Shown here: one piece after another, positions 53,771 through 63,129 of the stretch
Numbering within the stretch: position 1 is the first letter of the stretch
Layout: each line of letters starts with the position of its first letter
Origin: Eubacteriales bacterium
GTDB lineage: Bacteria > Bacillota > Clostridia > Oscillospirales > CAG-272
DNA: 64,000 nucleotides
Assembly: GCA_045589215.1 (NCBI GenBank)
Contig: JAZNOQ010000085.1
Span: 4,348 to 68,347, forward strand
Direction of reading: 5' to 3'
The notes under the pieces: model-generated
Database searches by the model: none
What the model was told of the DNA's origin: nothing
Seen by the model: the letters and a program-made list of their open reading frames with translations, nothing else
Translations under genes and position numbers: made by a program

Positions 53771-55771
53771 ATGTATACACTCAGTTCAAAGCATATGACC
53801 TACTCACTGAACGAGCAGGGACTCGTTACATCGATCGTAAATGGATATAGCGGTCACGAGTACTGCATCATTCCGGGGGAGACCTTCAAACTGATCTACA
53901 AGGAGGATGACTGCGAGGAACGCCCCATATTCGGATCGCTTCAAACGCCGAGTATACGGATCGACGGAAACGTGATGACGGTAATGTACGACAAGCTCGT
54001 CAGCGACAACCGCACGCTGGATATATCGCTTACGATCCGTTACGAGCTTTCAGGAGACACGCTGACGACGGGATATACGATCAAAAACAACTCCGATGTG
54101 CTTGTTGCGGAGTTTCAATTTTCTCCCGTATCGGGGATTCAGTCGCTGAACGGAAATCCGAAGGAGGATTACGTGATGTGGCCTGCAAATTTGGGAGCAA
54201 AGATCGCAAATCCCGCTTTTACCGATCTTTCGACGATGTCGGGCTTCCGAAAGTACGAGCGTCACGATTTTCTGCACACCGATCTCGATAAGCTCTACCC
54301 CGGACACGCGACGATGCAGTTTTACGTTCTCTGTAATGACAGCGAGGGCATTTACGTTGGCAGCCACGACAAGACCCATCAGACAACGGGCATTCATGTC
54401 GAAAGAAGGGTGATGGATAACACGCTTCGGCTTGGCATCATCAAATACCCCTTCGCTGAACCGGGCGAGGAATACATCTCTGAACCGATCGTCTACGCGA
54501 TGCTCGACGGTGACTGGCACCTCGGATCAAAGATCTATCGGAAATGGATCGAGGAGGAATGCGGTTGGAGGGCTCCGACGCGCCCCGAATGGGCACAGGA
54601 GTTTCAGGGCTGGCTGCGCTGTATTTTCAGAACGCACCACGGCGAATACAACTGGACATATAAGGATATTCCGAGGCTCTTCGATCAGGTCAAAGAGGTT
54701 GGGCTGAACACCCTTTTTGTGCTGGGCTGGCCGAAGGGCGGTTTTGCGCGTATGTGGCCTGATTATATTGCCGATCCGCGACAGGGCGGAGAAGAGGAAC
54801 TGAAGAAGGCAATCGACTATGTCCACTCGAAGGGTGGCAAGCTGATTATGTTCCTCAGTTACTTCCTGATCGACAGAAACAGCGATTTCTACAAAAACGA
54901 GGACGGCAAGGAATGTCTCATCAAGGACATTTGGGGATACGAATATCCCTTTAGGGAGACCTACTGCGGTGAGGGTACGTACAGAAAGCTGCCGAATCAG
55001 CCGATGCCGATGCTCGGCGCTTGCCCGGGCTCAGATGCTTGGCAGGAGAAGATGAAAAAGAGTGCAGATTATTGTCTTAATCTCGGATGCGACGGTGTGC
55101 TTTATGACCTCGGCGGTCTTGCTCCGTTTTTCTGCTTTGCCGAGGGACACGATCACGAGAAGCCGAATTTTTCACACGCTTCAAAGGCAAAGCGGTTTGC
55201 CGAGCTTCGCGAGACCGTCAAGAGGCACGGCGATGAAAGGATCATTCTGCAGGAGCACTGTGTGGATATTTTTGCGCAGAGTATGGACATCGTTCAGCCG
55301 AGCGGCTTCGGCAATATCAGAAAGAACGTCAAGGCATATGAGTTTATGCGCTACACCTTTCCCGAGATCGTGATGACGAATCGCGAGATGGGACAAGATG
55401 ATTCAAACTATCTTGACAACGTGAACTGCACCTTTGTATACGGTGTTGCGTTCGATATGACGATCTACCGCTGTTGCGGAGATCTTCACGATGTTCCGAA
55501 ATACGCCGAATATATGAGCCGTATCATTGCACTCAGAAAGCAGTATGCGAAGTATTTCTTTGACGGAAGATTCGTTGACACGGATGGTATAGCGGCTTCT
55601 TCTGAGAGTTTCCTCTATAAGGGTTACCTTGCGAAGGACGGAAGCCTTGGTGTTGCCGTGTGGAACTGGAGCAAGGGGGATGACATCGTGACGTACACAA
55701 ACAAGGAGACGGGCAAAAGCGTTGCAGTCTCTCTTAAAAAGGACGAGGTTACCTTCGTCGAGCTTTCATAG
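53771..55771 (+). CDS. uncharacterised cytosolic glycoside-hydrolase-like protein, paralog B
   Basis: Same length (666 aa) and collinear motifs with paralog A (LFVLGWPKGGFARMWP, SKGGKLIMFLSY, DGVLYDLGG). Confidence 0.55.
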   Translation: MYTLSSKHMTYSLNEQGLVTSIVNGYSGHEYCIIPGETFKLIYKEDDCEERPIFGSLQTPSIRIDGNVMTVMYDKLVSDNRTLDISLTIRYELSGDTLTTGYTIKNNSDVLVAEFQFSPVSGIQSLNGNPKEDYVMWPANLGAKIANPAFTDLSTMSGFRKYERHDFLHTDLDKLYPGHATMQFYVLCNDSEGIYVGSHDKTHQTTGIHVERRVMDNTLRLGIIKYPFAEPGEEYISEPIVYAMLDGDWHLGSKIYRKWIEEECGWRAPTRPEWAQEFQGWLRCIFRTHHGEYNWTYKDIPRLFDQVKEVGLNTLFVLGWPKGGFARMWPDYIADPRQGGEEELKKAIDYVHSKGGKLIMFLSYFLIDRNSDFYKNEDGKECLIKDIWGYEYPFRETYCGEGTYRKLPNQPMPMLGACPGSDAWQEKMKKSADYCLNLGCDGVLYDLGGLAPFFCFAEGHDHEKPNFSHASKAKRFAELRETVKRHGDERIILQEHCVDIFAQSMDIVQPSGFGNIRKNVKAYEFMRYTFPEIVMTNREMGQDDSNYLDNVNCTFVYGVAFDMTIYRCCGDLHDVPKYAEYMSRIIALRKQYAKYFFDGRFVDTDGIAASSESFLYKGYLAKDGSLGVAVWNWSKGDDIVTYTNKETGKSVAVSLKKDEVTFVELS

Positions 55772-55775
55772 AAAA

Positions 55776-55805
55776 CGGGACCGAGTCAATTTTGACTCGG
55801 TCCCG
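55776..55805. terminator. hairpin between convergent GH-like and oxidoreductase operons
   Basis: CGGGACCGAGTCAA-tt-TTGACTCGGTCCCG. The flanking A and T runs are only moderate. Confidence 0.6.
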
Positions 55806-55829
55806 AAGTTATTTTATATGAATGGTTCT

Positions 55830-56888
55830 TCAGATCGTGACCTCGTGGCCGCTTTCTGCCGAACGGTAGATCGCCGAGAGGATACGCATCAGCTCAACAC
55901 CGTCCTCTGCGGGGTTGCGGCACTCGACCTTGCCCTCGATCGCATCGACGAAATGGTTGATCTCGCGTGTGAACGCCTCGCTGACGCTGAGCCCGGTCTT
56001 GCCCTCGAACTCGAAGTCCTTCAATTCGTCGTTCTCCTCGCCGTACATACGGACATCCTTGCCGATATAGAGACCTGCGCCCGTGCCGAAAAGCTCGACG
56101 CTGTTGCGGTCGCCCTCAAGGTTCAGGCTGAAGCTCATTTCTGCGGTCATGACCGCGCCGTTATCGAAGCGGATGGTCGCAGCGGCGAGATCCTCGCAGT
56201 CGCATTCTCCGAGCGATTTGCTCGAGGAGGTGTAATTCTTTTTGTTCTTCAGGTTCGAGCGGTCACCGAGCTTCAAGAAGGTAGAGCCGTAAACCGAAAC
56301 CGCCTTCGGCTTGCCCATCAGATAACGAACGAGGTCGATCGAGTGAACGCCGAGGTCAATGAGAGGACCGCCTCCCGAGAATTCCTTTCTGCCGAACCAG
56401 CCGCCGGGGTGACCGTTACGGCGAAGGTACTGCGCCTTTGCGTAGTAGATCTCTCCGAGCTTGCCGTCCGCGATCAGATCCGATGCGAGGTCGCAGTCGC
56501 GGCCGAAGCGGCGAACGAAGCCGATCATCAGAAGCTTGCCGTTTCTCTCTGCGGCTGCCTGCATTGCCTCTGCCTCTTCGAGGGTGGAAGCCATCGGCTT
56601 CTCGCACAGGACGTGCTTGCCTGCGTCAAGCGCCATAATGGTGCAGGGTGCGTGTGCGCTGTTCCAAGTGCAGACGCTTACGGCGTCGATCTCGGGAAGT
56701 GCGCGGAGCATTTCCGCTTCGCTGGTGTAAAGACGGGTGACACCGTACTTTTCGCCCATCAGCTTGAGGCGCTCCTCGTTGATGTCGCAGAACGCGTACA
56801 GCTCAACGTCGGGATTTGCAATATAATTTTTGATGTGGTAGGATGAGATGCTTCCAACGCCTACAACGGCTACCTTGATCTTTTCCAT
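55830..56888 (-). CDS. Gfo/Idh/MocA-family NAD(P)-dependent oxidoreductase
   Basis: Rossmann N-terminus KVAVVGVGSISS and an EKPMA motif (VLCEKPMAST). The start is at the ATG at 56888 after an AAAGGAG RBS. Confidence 0.85.
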   Translation of the reverse strand: MEKIKVAVVGVGSISSYHIKNYIANPDVELYAFCDINEERLKLMGEKYGVTRLYTSEAEMLRALPEIDAVSVCTWNSAHAPCTIMALDAGKHVLCEKPMASTLEEAEAMQAAAERNGKLLMIGFVRRFGRDCDLASDLIADGKLGEIYYAKAQYLRRNGHPGGWFGRKEFSGGGPLIDLGVHSIDLVRYLMGKPKAVSVYGSTFLKLGDRSNLKNKKNYTSSSKSLGECDCEDLAAATIRFDNGAVMTAEMSFSLNLEGDRNSVELFGTGAGLYIGKDVRMYGEENDELKDFEFEGKTGLSVSEAFTREINHFVDAIEGKVECRNPAEDGVELMRILSAIYRSAESGHEVTI

Positions 56889-56910
56889 TTTGATATACTC
56901 CTTTTCTTGA

Positions 56911-57768
56911 TCAGTTGTTTTCAATCGTCGAGGTGAGGAAATTCTTGGCGATCACAATATCCCCGACGCGATCCTCACCGCATTCGCGTTCGATCGTGAG
57001 GAAGCCCTTGTAGCCGATCGCTTCAAGCGCACGGAGATATTCGGGGAAGGGGACGGAGCCCGTTCCGAGCGCGACCTCCTTGAAGTAGGGACCCTGAAGC
57101 AGCGGATCCTCAGGCTTCGGAACGACGTGATAAACGACCTCGGGATTCGACTCCTTCAGCTTGATGCCGTCCTTTGCGTGGGTGTGTACGATGTATTTCT
57201 TTAAAGTGTGGACTGCCTTTACGGGATCGTCGCCCGTGACCATCACGAGGTTTGCAGGGTCAAGGTTGACGCTGACGCCCGTTGAGTGGAGTCCGTCGAG
57301 GAATCCCTTCAGAACGGTAGCGGTCTCGGGACCTGTTTCGATCGCGAAATGCGCCCCTACGCTGTCTGCAAATTCCGCGAGCTCGCCGCAGGCATCCTGC
57401 ATAATGGCGTAGCGGGGGTGAGAGGGATCGGTCGGAACGACGCCGATGTGCGTCGTGATGATGTTCGTTTCAAGCTCGAGCGCCATCTCGACGATACGCT
57501 TCGATTTCTCGATGAGAGCGGGATTGAGCTCGGGGTTTCCGAAGCCCTTTCCGAGGTCGCCGCAAAGCGCAGAGAAAACGAGACCGTTCGACTTCATAAC
57601 GTCGAGCAGCTCACGACGCGCCTCGGTGCTCATGTTTTCGGGCGCGTGCTCGCCCTTGGTCGCGTACATCTGGATACCCTTGGCACCGATCTCCGCCGCC
57701 TTTTCGATCGCCTCGACCGTAGGGAGACGGAAGGATTCGAGCATAACGCCGATGGGAAATTGATACAT
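56911..57768 (-). CDS. sugar phosphate isomerase/epimerase-family TIM-barrel protein
   Basis: Xylose-isomerase-like TIM blocks (IITTHIG, FAIETG, VNLDPANL, HTHAKD, LTIERE). Confidence 0.8.
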   Translation of the reverse strand: MYQFPIGVMLESFRLPTVEAIEKAAEIGAKGIQMYATKGEHAPENMSTEARRELLDVMKSNGLVFSALCGDLGKGFGNPELNPALIEKSKRIVEMALELETNIITTHIGVVPTDPSHPRYAIMQDACGELAEFADSVGAHFAIETGPETATVLKGFLDGLHSTGVSVNLDPANLVMVTGDDPVKAVHTLKKYIVHTHAKDGIKLKESNPEVVYHVVPKPEDPLLQGPYFKEVALGTGSVPFPEYLRALEAIGYKGFLTIERECGEDRVGDIVIAKNFLTSTIENN

Positions 57769-57934
57769 AGCCGTATTTCCTTTCTGATTTGGAATTCATA
57801 TTTTTCGGAACCCTGCATAGAGATCCGAAAAAAGGGTTGATTTTTCCTTATCTCTATTGTATAATAAGAAATAAGGATTGTCAATCCTAAATTTTTGCGT
57901 TTTTTTAGCACGATGTTGCTTTTTTGGAGGAAAT

Positions 57935-58756
57935 ATGAGTATTTATGAAAATCACCGCATGAAGGATCCGCGGCTCCCGTTTATTTTCCACTTCACCCGT
58001 TTCTCCCCCGGACATCCCGCGGGGCGCGGAAATTGGCATGAAAATCTTGAGCTTTTGTATTTCGTTTCGGGCTCTGCAACCGTGACGAGCAATGAGGATC
58101 GACTTTCACTTTCTGCGGGGGAGATTGCCATTCTGAACACCAACCGTCTGCATATGATCTCGACCTCCTCCGAGGAGGGGGCGGAATATTATTGCCTGAT
58201 CATCGACCGCAGCTTTTGTCTTGCAAATCACTTCGACACGGGACGGATCGAATTTGACGAGATCGTGCGTGACAAAGAGATCTCGGGACTGTTCGACCGC
58301 TTGATCTCGGAGTACGCAGAGGACAAGGATGCCCCCTACCGCGTACAGATGATCCGCTCGACCGTCCTTCGAATGATGGCACTTTTGTGTAGACACCACA
58401 GCCGCGCGGAGCTGTCCGAGGAAACCGACTCCCACTGTCTCGTCTGCATCAAGCAGGCTCTCGGACGGATCCACGCGCACAGCGAGGAGGCGTTCACACT
58501 CGACGATATCGCGGAATTCGTCGGGATGAGCAAGTATCATTTCGCAAGAGAGTTTCGCCGCGTTACGGGGCATACCTTCGTCGCGTACGTCAATCTCATC
58601 CGATGTGAAAAGGCAAAGGCACTGCTTTCCGAGGGGCAGATGCGGATCGGAGACGTTGCGCGTGCATGCGGATTTGAGAGTCAATCGTACTTTACAAAGA
58701 CCTTTCGGAAGAATACGGGCGAGCTTCCGAATGAGTACCGAAAACGGAAAAAGTGA
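57935..58756 (+). CDS. AraC-family transcriptional regulator (cupin + HTH)
   Basis: N-terminal cupin (WHENLELLYFVSG) and a C-terminal HTH (IGDVARACGFESQSYFTKTFRKNTGELPNEYR). GGAGG RBS. Confidence 0.8.
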   Translation: MSIYENHRMKDPRLPFIFHFTRFSPGHPAGRGNWHENLELLYFVSGSATVTSNEDRLSLSAGEIAILNTNRLHMISTSSEEGAEYYCLIIDRSFCLANHFDTGRIEFDEIVRDKEISGLFDRLISEYAEDKDAPYRVQMIRSTVLRMMALLCRHHSRAELSEETDSHCLVCIKQALGRIHAHSEEAFTLDDIAEFVGMSKYHFAREFRRVTGHTFVAYVNLIRCEKAKALLSEGQMRIGDVARACGFESQSYFTKTFRKNTGELPNEYRKRKK

Positions 58757-58837
58757 ATTTTTAACCGTGTTTTTATGAAAAAATCAGCTTTTTTGGAAAA
58801 AAATTCTGAATTACAGGGCTCTGCTACTTGACAAAAT

Positions 58838-58866
58838 TACAAATTTCGGATAAAATAATAGTATGT
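58838..58866 (+). promoter_or_regulatory. sigma-A promoter upstream of rny
   Basis: TTGACA, a 17-nt spacer, then TAAAAT. Confidence 0.55.
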
Positions 58867-58954
58867 TTTATGATGCCTCATTGTTTGTGTGAGGCAGAAG
58901 AAAATAAATAATTTGAAAAAAAGCATAAAACAAGTAAAAATTAGGAGGTGCTAT

Positions 58955-60499
58955 ATGATTCCTATTTGGGCCGCGGCTCTGATTGGAGTTCTCGCGGTTG
59001 CCATCGGTATCGTCATCGGTATTTTGATCCGCAAGTTTATCGGAGAGAACAAGATCGGTTCAGCCGAGCGGGAAGCAAAGCGCGTTCGGGAGGAAGCCGA
59101 AAAAACGGCGGAGACCCTGAAAAAAGAAGCGGTTATCAGTGCAAAAGAAGAAATTCTTCGCCAGCGCAACGAGGCCGAGCGCGAGCTGAAGGAGCGCAGA
59201 AGCGAGGTCAGCCGCCAGGAACGCAGAATCACGCAAAAGGAAGAGGCTTTGGATAAAAAGTCCGAGGCGATGGAGCGCAAGAGCGAGCAGCTTGATCGAA
59301 AGATGAAGGAATGCGACGTTGTGCGCGAAGAGGTCAGCGAGGTGCTGAAGCAGCATCTGGAGAAGCTTGAAAAGATCTCCGGTTATACTGCGGCGGAGGC
59401 AAAGGATGAGCTGATCAGCAGAGTTGAGATCGATGCAAGACATGAGATGGCTCAGAGGCTCGCAGAGCTTGAGGAGCAGTTCAAGGACGAGGCAGATACC
59501 AAGGCCAAGAACATTCTGTCTCTTGCGATCCAGCGTTATGCTGCAGACCACGTTTCGGAGGCGACCATCTCGGTCGTTCAGATCCCGAGCGAGGATATGA
59601 AGGGGCGCATCATCGGACGCGAGGGGCGCAACATTCAGAAGCTCGAAACGCTTACGGGCGTTGAGCTCATTATTGACGATACTCCCGAGGCAATTACGCT
59701 TTCGGGCTTTGATCCGGTCCGCAGAGAGGTCGCAAGGCTTGCGCTTGAACGACTGATCGCTGACGGACGCATCCATCCCGCGCGCATCGAGGAGATGGTG
59801 GAAAAGGCGCAGAAGGAGGTCGACACCGCAGTCAAGCAGGCAGGTGAAAAGGCTGTCTTTGAGGTTGGCGTACGCGGCATCCATCCTGACCTGATCCGTC
59901 TGCTCGGCAGACTTCGCTACCGTACCAGCTACGGTCAGAACGTGCTTCAGCATTCGATCGAGGTCGCGTTCCTTGCGGGTATGATGGCGGATGAGCTTGG
60001 GGTAGACAGTACGCTTGCAAGACGTGCGGGACTTCTGCACGACATCGGCAAGGCATTCCCCCATGACGTTGAGGGCTCACACGTTGAGATCGGTGTCAAC
60101 GCCGTCAAGAAGTACAAGGAAAACAAGGATATCATTCACGCGATCGAGGCACATCACGGAGACGTCGAGGCAAAGACGATCATCGCAGTGCTTGTGCAGG
60201 CGGCAGACGCAATCTCTGCGGCAAGACCCGGTGCAAGACGTGAGGATATGGAAAACTACATCAAGCGTCTCGAAAAGCTTGAGGAGATCGCACTCGGATT
60301 TACGGGTGTTGAAAAGGCGTATGCGATCCAGGCGGGAAGAGAGCTTCGCGTGCTTGTGAAGCCTGAGGACGTAAACGATGACGGAATGCAGATCATTGCA
60401 CGCGATATGGCGGCGAAGATCAAGTCCGAGATGAAGTATCCGGGACAGATCAAGATCCACGTCATTCGTGAGAGCCGCGCGGTCGATTACGCGAAGTAA
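58955..60499 (+). CDS. rny: ribonuclease Y
   Basis: N-terminal TM helix, a coiled-coil region, a KH domain ([12 protein letters not shown]) and an HD domain (LLHDIGK). AGGAGG RBS before the ATG at 58955. Confidence 0.9.
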   Translation: MIPIWAAALIGVLAVAIGIVIGILIRKFIGENKIGSAEREAKRVREEAEKTAETLKKEAVISAKEEILRQRNEAERELKERRSEVSRQERRITQKEEALDKKSEAMERKSEQLDRKMKECDVVREEVSEVLKQHLEKLEKISGYTAAEAKDELISRVEIDARHEMAQRLAELEEQFKDEADTKAKNILSLAIQRYAADHVSEATISVVQIPSEDMKGRIIGREGRNIQKLETLTGVELIIDDTPEAITLSGFDPVRREVARLALERLIADGRIHPARIEEMVEKAQKEVDTAVKQAGEKAVFEVGVRGIHPDLIRLLGRLRYRTSYGQNVLQHSIEVAFLAGMMADELGVDSTLARRAGLLHDIGKAFPHDVEGSHVEIGVNAVKKYKENKDIIHAIEAHHGDVEAKTIIAVLVQAADAISAARPGARREDMENYIKRLEKLEEIALGFTGVEKAYAIQAGRELRVLVKPEDVNDDGMQIIARDMAAKIKSEMKYPGQIKIHVIRESRAVDYAK

Positions 60500-60673
60500 T
60501 ACGCTGCTTGATCATTCAAATCCTTCGGTGCCGTTGGCATCGGATACAAGAGGTTATTTCTGTTTTAGATGAACCCTTACGGGTGTGCATATATTTTTAC
60601 ATAAAATTCAGTAGAAAAATTGCTCGACCGCATCTCGGTCAGCTCGTATAGATAAAGCTAAAAAATGACCGAA

Positions 60674-60698
60674 GGGGCTGAGTCAACGACTCAGCCCC
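60674..60698. terminator. hairpin between convergent rny and deacylase genes
   Basis: GGGGCTGAGTC-aac-GACTCAGCCCC. The T-rich tracts on both sides are imperfect. Confidence 0.55.
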
Positions 60699-60721
60699 TC
60701 TTCTATTTGTCAAATCCTTTG

Positions 60722-62227
60722 TCAGCGAAGATAGATCTTGCCGCGGCGAATGCCGTTGAATTCGTTGTTTTCGACCACGACCTCGCCGTCGACGATGACG
60801 TAATGAAGTCCCTTGTTCTTGCGCTCACAATGGACGAAATCTGCACAGTCCTCGATCTTATCCGCATCAAAAATGCAAAGATCGGCATCCTTGCCGACGA
60901 GGAGCCTGCCCTTTTCGGGAAGGTTGTAAACGTCAGCGGGAAGGGAGGTCATCCTGCGGATCATTTCGGGGAGCGGGACAATACTTCGCTCACGAACGTA
61001 ACGCGCGAGAACGCGGGGGAAGGTGGCACGGAGACGCGGATGATACTTGCGCGATTTGCCTGCAACCGCGGAGTCGGTGCCGATCATCGTGCGCGGATGC
61101 TTCAATACATTTTCGACATCCTCTTCACACATCATAAAGAAGCAAGCACCCGCTCCGCCCTTGGTTTCGCGAAGGATCGAGAAAACGGTATCCATGCGGT
61201 CGGAGTCGCCGCGCAGCTCTGCGATTTCGTTTACGTTCATGCCCTCGTACTCGGGATGCTCGTTGCATTTTGTGACGAGAGTCCAGCTGAGATCGTTGTT
61301 CCATTGCTCAGCCCACTTTTTGATATCCGCTACGATCGCGGGATTATCAAGTAGACTAAGCGCGTTGGTCGTTCCTTCGGGATGGAATGCCTTCGGGACG
61401 AATCTCGCGAGCATCGTCGTATGGGATGCGATGTAGGGGTAGACGTCAAGATATAGATCTGCTCCGTTCGCATTCGCTTCGTCGATCAGGGCGAGCGTCT
61501 CTTTTGTCTTTCCGAAGTTCGCGAAGCCGTGCGCCTTATGATGGGAGAACACAGCGCGGCATCCCGACTTTACGCTGATGCTTATGAATTCCTTAACCGA
61601 TTCGATGACGTTATCATCCTCACAGCGGATATGCGCCGCGATCACGCCGTTGTTTCTCGCTACGACCTTCGCAAGAGCGATTGCCTCGTCGGTGGGGGCG
61701 TAGCAGCCGGGAACATAAAAGAGCCCGAAGGACAAACCGATGGCACCCGCATCCATTGCATCCTGTACAAGCTCCTCCATCCTTTGGAGCTCCTCGGGAG
61801 TAGCATTGCGGTTCACCTTGCCCATTACAGCTGAGCGAAGTGAGTTATGACCGATCATAAGAGCTGCGCTTGAGCCCTGTGACAGATCCTTTACGCCCGA
61901 AATGTATTGACTCATTTTGGTCAAAACGCCGTCCTTTTTCTTGGGGGCTTGGGAGAATCCGCATTGTCCCGTGATCGAAAGAGTAATGCCTTGCTCGATT
62001 TTTTCACGCTGATTCGGAAAGGGCTTGATCGTTCTGTCGGAATGGCTGTGTGAATCGATGAAGCCGGGTGTGACCGTGAGGCCCGTTGCATCGATCACCT
62101 TGTCAGCACCGTTGAGGTCCTCTCCGATCGCGGCGATCTTGCCGTCCTTTACGGCGACATCGCCCATATAAGGTTCAGATCCCGTACCGTCTATGACCGT
62201 TGCGTTCTTGATCATCAAGTCGTACAT
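60722..62227 (-). CDS. N-acyl-D-amino-acid deacylase (D-aminoacylase) family amidohydrolase
   Basis: IKNATVIDGTG..VAVKDGKIAAIG..PGFIDSHSHSD N-terminal pattern and a ~500-aa length. Confidence 0.8.
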   Translation of the reverse strand: MYDLMIKNATVIDGTGSEPYMGDVAVKDGKIAAIGEDLNGADKVIDATGLTVTPGFIDSHSHSDRTIKPFPNQREKIEQGITLSITGQCGFSQAPKKKDGVLTKMSQYISGVKDLSQGSSAALMIGHNSLRSAVMGKVNRNATPEELQRMEELVQDAMDAGAIGLSFGLFYVPGCYAPTDEAIALAKVVARNNGVIAAHIRCEDDNVIESVKEFISISVKSGCRAVFSHHKAHGFANFGKTKETLALIDEANANGADLYLDVYPYIASHTTMLARFVPKAFHPEGTTNALSLLDNPAIVADIKKWAEQWNNDLSWTLVTKCNEHPEYEGMNVNEIAELRGDSDRMDTVFSILRETKGGAGACFFMMCEEDVENVLKHPRTMIGTDSAVAGKSRKYHPRLRATFPRVLARYVRERSIVPLPEMIRRMTSLPADVYNLPEKGRLLVGKDADLCIFDADKIEDCADFVHCERKNKGLHYVIVDGEVVVENNEFNGIRRGKIYLR

Positions 62228-62286
62228 AATAAACACCTCTTTTTCAGTATTACTTAGGCTTCGTTTGACGAGATCACGTCCCGTTT

Positions 62287-62315
62287 ATTATAGCACCTAT
62301 GCCGTTATATGTCAA
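62287..62315 (-). promoter_or_regulatory. perfect-consensus sigma-A promoter of the D-aminoacylase gene
   Basis: On the minus strand: TTGACA, a 17-nt spacer, then TATAAT, about 55 nt upstream of the ATG at 62227. Confidence 0.65.
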
Positions 62316-62337
62316 GAACATGCCACCAAAAAACGAA

Positions 62338-62388
62338 CGGAAAAAGAAAGAGAGAGACCGCCATGTTAGACGAGTCTCTCTTTTTCTG
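62338..62388. terminator. strong intrinsic terminator (readable on both strands) ending the DUF1292/RNA-candidate transcript
   Basis: AAAAAGAAAGAGAGAGAC-cgccatgttagacga-GTCTCTCTTTTTCT. Confidence 0.8.
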
Positions 62389-62640
62389 TATGTGTGCCCC
62401 ACCTGGCCGTGTAACCGATGATGAGAAAACCCGCTAAACGAGGGCGGCTCCCTATCCGTTTCTTTACTGCTCCCAACGTCCGTGCTTCTCCGGTCGGGAC
62501 AAGTCACCGATGCGGGAGAAGGCGGGAGGTCTGCAAACCAAAACAGAATCTCATTATTTCGGGATCCTTTTTCTAACTGTAGGTTCTAAAATCAGTTATC
62601 ACGCACCCGGCAGGATGTGTACTGTAACTTTGCGGGCAGA
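62389..62640 (-). ncRNA. candidate structured RNA of unassigned family (or long structured 3' UTR of the DUF1292 gene)
   Basis: ~250-nt non-coding gap ending in a strong intrinsic terminator. Long-range complementarity links CCUGCC..GUGAUAAC-UGAU..AGAACC to GG(UU)UUCU-C-AUCA..GUUACAC-GGCCAGG. An internal helix CUUCUCC/GGAGAAG and a direct repeat CAUCGGUGAC / CAUCGGUUAC are also present. Confidence 0.35.
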
Positions 62641-62644
62641 TGGA

Positions 62645-62959
62645 TTACTTCTTGCCCTTTTCCGTGGGAGGGTTCAGATCGTAATCAAGATCGGAAATGA
62701 ACATATCGTCGAAGATGTCTGCGACGTCGTCGAACTCGTTGTCGTCGTCGAGGGTGACGAGCATATCCTCGCCGTTGTCGATGATCTTCTTCAGAATGAC
62801 GTATTCGCATTCGGTTGCGTCGGCATCGACGTCGGAGGGGATCATCGCGAAGTATTCGGTGCCCTTATATTCGCACTTTCCGATGACCTCAAATTCGAGC
62901 TCGTTGCCGTCCTCGTCGGTCAAGGTGTAGTATTCGCTTTCGAAGGTTGCGTTATCCAT
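62645..62959 (-). CDS. DUF1292-family small acidic protein
   Basis: YTLTDEDGNELEFEVIG...EYFAMIP...EYVILK pattern. 104 aa and strongly acidic. Confidence 0.7.
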   Translation of the reverse strand: MDNATFESEYYTLTDEDGNELEFEVIGKCEYKGTEYFAMIPSDVDADATECEYVILKKIIDNGEDMLVTLDDDNEFDDVADIFDDMFISDLDYDLNPPTEKGKK

Positions 62960-63082
62960 AGTTTTGTAGAGCCTTTCTCTTTTTTACGTTGATAATGGTT
63001 TCTACTAATATTGTATCGTATTTCCCCCGTCTTGTCAATGGTTTTCGAAAAGTTTTAGCGGGGAATTTTTTCCTTATAACGA

Positions 63083-63120
63083 CAAACGGGCTGTCTCACT
63101 TAAGCGAGACAGCCCGTTTG
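63083..63120 (-). other. 15-bp perfect hairpin downstream of tRNA-Thr
   Basis: CAAACGGGCTGTCTC-acttaagc-GAGACAGCCCGTTTG. On the tRNA strand the U-run precedes rather than follows the stem, so terminator function is uncertain. Confidence 0.4.
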
Positions 63121-63129
63121 AAAAAGAAA

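Noticed and set aside
62274-62507. 77-aa minus-strand ORF inside the RNA-candidate region.
   Set aside because: It has no RBS, it runs across the terminator and the deacylase promoter, and its sequence is implausible (Arg/Ser/Phe-rich).
62389-62640. Possible SRP RNA, RNase P RNA, tmRNA, T-box or common riboswitch (SAM, TPP, FMN, cobalamin, glycine, c-di-AMP, ykkC, ZTP).
   Set aside because: The hallmark sequences I remember are absent. These include GGAAGCAGC of SRP helix 8, GAGGAAAGUCC of RNase P, the tmRNA tRNA-like ends, the T-box GGGUGGUACCGCG and CAGCUAACCUCGUAAGCG of ydaO. Only weak partial resemblances (GACCGGAGAAGCAC, GGGAGCAGU) were seen. The candidate is kept as unassigned.
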